Position numbers and translations under genes: made by a program | Part shown: piece by piece, positions 60,038-64,000 of the stretch | Layout: each line of letters begins with the position of its first letter | How positions within the stretch are numbered: position 1 is the stretch's first letter | Assembly: GCA_907165135.1 (NCBI GenBank) | Contig: OU015566.1 | Location: 13,454,001 to 13,518,000 of the forward strand | Source of the DNA: Oikopleura dioica | Lineage: Eukaryota; Animalia; Chordata | Direction of reading: 5' to 3' | Length of the DNA: 64,000 nt | The notes under the pieces: generated by a model | The model's database searches: none | Seen by the model: the letters and a program-made list of their open reading frames with translations, nothing else | What the model was told of the DNA's origin: nothing

Positions 60038-60229
60038 CTAAAAGCCAAACTTCTGTCGGCTTGTTGTGTGATAAATAAATCTGCTTGCCATCGAAGGACC
60101 TCTCCTCGAACTCCGACGACTTTTGACTTGTTTTGTATATGCGTAGTAGTTATTGCCAAGCCTGTTGTATCCTATCAAATCCGCCAAGGCTCCAAGAAAT
60201 AGAATCGAAAAGATGAGAAAAACTTTCAT
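60038..60229 (-). CDS. Small secreted peptide precursor, 63 aa
   Basis: Signal peptide MKVFLIFSILFLGALA, then DLIGYNRLGNNYYAYTKQVKS-RR-SS-RR-GPSMASRF...; TTCAG acceptor just upstream of the ATG. Confidence 0.62.
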   Translation of the reverse strand: MKVFLIFSILFLGALADLIGYNRLGNNYYAYTKQVKSRRSSRRGPSMASRFIYHTTSRQKFGF

Positions 60230-60746
60230 AATTTTAATTCCGTCTGAATAAGAACAAGAAAGAGCAGTTATAAATACACAGAATTACGGCGCTATTGGGT
60301 AATAAAAATAAAATAAAACGTGCCGATATATGCGCAAATAGAACGATCAATTTCGGATTTAGGAGCGTAAGACAGACGGTGTGTAACTTTAGCATAACAT
60401 TGTTATTTTTTCAACTCAATCAATCAAATGATTCAGAAAGAAATGAAGAGAATCGGACGCCTTTGACGCTTCTTGCTTCAGATTTCCATCAGAAAATGGA
60501 CCATTACTGTAATAACTGACAAGAAACCGTCTATCAAACCACGTGATCTGACAAGTGCCAAGTCCTAGCCGTCCAAGATCATAAGTAGATCGGCGGCCCC
60601 CGGATCGGAAAAGTGCAGATCGGATTAAAAAATAATGGACTCTTATTGTATCTTTATACCCCCGGATAAGCAGCAGTATAGATATTCAGCGCGTCTTTAA
60701 AAATCGCGTAGCCCCTTTTTTAAATTACTTCATAAAAGAAAAAGGA

Positions 60747-60919
60747 ATGATGATGCTTCAACAGGTAAAAAGAGATCGAATTCTTTTTCTTTCCTTTTTA
60801 AGCTTTTAACGGGCTTTTTCATGGTTATTATTGGTAATACTTCTGGCTATGCTCTCGAACAGAATTACAAGTATTACGATCCCTATCGCCCGGTTACTTA
60901 TCAAACAAAGCCAGGATGA
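60747..60919 (+). CDS. Small secreted Tyr-rich peptide, 44 aa, ending in Gly (candidate amidation)
   Basis: Exon 60747-60764, 38-bp GT-AG intron, exon 60803-60919: MMMLQQLLTGFFMVIIGNTSGYALEQNYKYYDPYRPVTYQTKPG*. Confidence 0.55.
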
Positions 60920-61184
60920 GAGATTCAGAATTAAAAATAGTCAGTTTTGAGCCTTGAAAAACTCTCAAAATAGCGATCATTTGTCGAAGACCTCCGAAAC
61001 ACCATCAATTCTGCGGACAATGAAGATACTTCTGCAGACGATTTCTTGGCGCAAATTGGCTTCAGCAGCTGAAAAACTAGTTTAGACTGACTTTTTTTAC
61101 TGTTTGCATTTATTTTTGTTTTCTCGCAATTATAACAAGTTCTTATCGCAAAGAAAATCGAAAGAAAATCGATAAAAATCTCTT

Positions 61185-62820
61185 TCAAAATGTCTGATAA
61201 AAGAAATTTCGAACGGAGTAGCCAGGTGCAGAAGGTATGAAATCATTAGAGGCAAAAACAAATAGATCTTCTCCATTTGGCGAATGACTAGCATCATAAG
61301 TAAAGTCCTGAACTTGTATGCCATCGATGCTCATGATGGATCGGAGTGTCGAAGAACCATCAATTTGCCTGACTTCAACGGAATACGTATTCCACTCGCC
61401 GGTATTGCAAGAAAACTTGTGGCTCATTTGATCGTCAGAATCATCATAAGTGGTAACGAAAAGAAGAGAATTCTCTGCGGGCATTGTGTGAACCAGAAAC
61501 GTTCTAGCGCCAATGGTTCCTGTATTTTCTCCAGTAGTCACGTGGATGATATTATTCCAGTTTCCATCTGGCGCCATGTTGCAAAGAATATCGACGGAGA
61601 ATTTATAGTTCAAAGTCGAAGTCACGGTCGCAAGTTGATTATTCCGGAGAGGTGTCATGTCCGTTCCATTCACAAAAGTCTCGCAGTTTTGAAGCCCACA
61701 GCATGGATCGTGGCATTTCCACAAAATTGAGCACTTGAAAAGAAAAAATCCATTATTTTTAAAAAACAAACCTCGACAGTAAAAGCAGTGGCAACGTTCA
61801 CTTTCGTTGAAAATCTTCTGAATCTAAAAGAAGCAGAAGAAATCAGTTCCCCGTTTAGTTTGAGACCGTCGTTTGTTATCGCCCCGTTTTGAAGCACCAA
61901 CACTTTTAAAAGCTACTCTTTCGCTTTGTGTATTTAAACATCTCATACTCAAGAATAACTCTCCTGTTATTTCATCAGAGGTAACATTACAGTCGACGAG
62001 TTCTTGGCTGAAATTGGGATCAACGACATCTGCTTTCAACCTCAAATAAATACTCCTTGTTGATCCCTTCTGTACAGGCCATCTTCAGTGATCTCTTCGA
62101 TTGATACGTTGACAATTGAACCAAGGCCCTCGCCCCCTTATTTTGCTCCAAAAATGAGTGAACAAGAAAATACTTCACCTTGAATGTCAAGAGTCACATT
62201 TGGTGAAACAACCGGTATTTTTCCATTAGAGCTCAAAGAAGAAAGCAAAAGCGTCGGTTTTTCAGATTTGATTTCGATACTTGGCTCACAGAAAATTCTT
62301 TCAATTTTTTGGGTGATAAAGTCGGTTCCATCTACTGTTACTGACTCAACAATTGTTGAAGTGTAGTTTACTAAATTTTAGAAATAGACGAGAATTTTCC
62401 CGAGAAAAACCTGAATTCGCGTCGGTGAAATTATCAAAGCATTTTGAGTATTCCAAAAGGGCAAACGTCGAAAGTTTGCAATCAGTGGATACTGTATCAT
62501 TCACATGGCTTTTGTTGACCATGAACAAATTCAGTAAATTTGCATCGATGCTACTCGAAGTAGAATTGTGACACTCTGAATTCTTTTTGCTGAGTTTTGG
62601 GCAGCCTGTATCTCTCTGTTATTCCTCTTACCAGAGTGAGTAAAGCTCCTGTTTCTTGGCAATCGACATTGAATAAACTACAGCTGCTTGCCACTTCTGT
62701 AAAAAGAAACAAGAAGATCATCTTTTGCCGCTTTGTGAAAATCTACTGCCAGCAAGAAAAACACAAAAACTATAATTATATGTATGCTGCATCGTAATTT
62801 GGACAAGACAAATGACATCT
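61185..62820 (-). CDS. ZP-like domain protein with a C-terminal ConA/LamG-like beta-sandwich; 5' exons uncertain
   Basis: ZP-like segments YTSTIVESV..FITQKIERIFC, IYLRLKAD..QELVDCNVT and SASFRFRRF..TVECSILWKC. C-terminal WNNIIHVTTGEN..GARTF..SIDG..VFASNDF. Confidence 0.55.
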
Positions 62821-63372
62821 TTCTCCTTGTAAAATTGCGTCGAAAAAGAAGCCGGTTATCATTTTGGTATTCATTGAGCCATGAATGGAAATAAACTTTG
62901 ATGTTTCAGCAAACTTTCTATGTCAAACAAAACTTCTTTCGCTGCAAAATCGTTCTTTTCGTTGGTTTCGTTACGCCTGGAGTGTTGAATCAATATTCAA
63001 TAGGGGCCAATCAGAGCAGGTGTGATCTTAACTCGCCCCAGGGAAAGCCTTTTCTTCTCGGAGGAGATTCGATAAATCCGTTTTTTTTACTGAGAGAACT
63101 TTAAGAGAAGGTAAAAACAAAATCACTTTGATTGACCCAAAGTTGTCATAAATTATGATTTTGAAAATTAATTATAAATGATGTACTCAATTTTAGGCCG
63201 TCAAATTGAAAGTCCTAAAACTAAAGGATTTTAGACTTGATTCCTTGCTTTGTAATTAACTAATAAGAAGTAAGGATGACAATAAGGCTTGACATTTTCG
63301 TTCACATACAATCTAGCTTATCTTAAAAAACTGCGATTCAAAACAATTTTCAGAGAAGAAAATTATTCCGAA

Positions 63373-63840
63373 ATGAAGAATATCATGCTATTTATGCTTT
63401 CCTTGGTTGGCCTCACCCTCGTCTGGCTCATTCTACTAGCATCCACTGTATCTTTATCAGACACGAGATCGTATGAAGTTTCCAGGTCTGTTCAAAAACT
63501 TGAAAAAGAAGAAGCTTTGGATGCAAGAAAAACAAATTCTTCAATTATTCAAGCGCCAAAAGAAATCGAAGAGAACCCGCGAAAAATCAAGGAAGATCAG
63601 CAGAAAATACGGCTGGAGAAAAATCGCGCTTTCTGCGAAAACAAAAAGTTCCAAGATTCAAGCAAATTTGAATTGTATGGAAAGTCGTCTGGAAATGTTG
63701 GCTTCAAGGAAAAGAGTTTTCAATTCTGTTTACAAGAAATTATACTTATAAATCCTTTTTTCTTCCTTGAAATACCTTTTCTGAGACCTGTCTTGTTGCC
63801 AAAGCTGCTTCTACTTCCCTGTCGATGGCGTATCTTTTAG
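63373..63840 (+). CDS. Carbohydrate sulfotransferase (CHST/Sulfotransfer_2-like), partial; continues beyond the window
   Basis: N-terminal TM, stem region, then after an intron ending at 63785 the PAPS-loop-like TCLVAKAASTS. Confidence 0.6.
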   Translation: MKNIMLFMLSLVGLTLVWLILLASTVSLSDTRSYEVSRSVQKLEKEEALDARKTNSSIIQAPKEIEENPRKIKEDQQKIRLEKNRAFCENKKFQDSSKFELYGKSSGNVGFKEKSFQFCLQEIILINPFFFLEIPFLRPVLLPKLLLLPCRWRIF

Positions 63841-64000
63841 GCAAGGACTCTTTTTCTTTCAAATATTTGCTTGAAATTTTTAATAATTTGAGTATTTAAG
63901 GGGGTAGAAACAGCTTTTTTCCGAAGAAGGCATTTTTTGACCGGCTCTACAGACAAGAAAATCCTACATTTTCAAATTTTCTCTTCAGGTTTAGATAGAT

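Noticed and set aside
1-64000. tRNA, rRNA, snRNA or spliced-leader RNA genes; autonomous transposase or reverse transcriptase ORFs
   Set aside because: None recognised by eye. tRNAscan-SE, Infernal and a TE protein search would be needed to exclude them.

Overview
Eukaryotic genomic DNA. The compact genes, introns of about 30-50 bp, recurrent AG|GAA..AG non-canonical introns, TTTCAG-type acceptors just before start codons, oikosin-like secreted proteins and a GH9 cellulase point to an appendicularian tunicate such as Oikopleura dioica; this is an inference. Well-supported genes are two tandem BTB-BACK genes, ANAPC1, an ankyrin/SOCS-box gene, a NEK-type kinase, two RING genes, MFSD11, a CBM2-GH9 endoglucanase, a DFD-motif kinase fused to a MATH-like domain and coiled coil, and a laminin alpha-like gene. 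The right third also holds a Lys/Thr-rich Cys-domain secreted protein, a MARVEL-like membrane protein, a CUB protein, two small secreted Tyr-rich peptides, a ZP-like protein and a carbohydrate sulfotransferase cut by the window edge. Non-coding DNA carries many palindromic MITE/foldback elements, including two with TTAA target duplications and one 1.8-kb element with a 9-bp duplication and a nested 0.64-kb hairpin. The most striking signal is the laminin alpha3/5-like chain of about 2,150 aa. It has a very short short-arm, two C-type lectin domains plus an acidic Tyr-rich tract and furin sites inserted in the coiled coil, and only LG1-3. All exon structures were assembled by eye and need RNA-seq confirmation.
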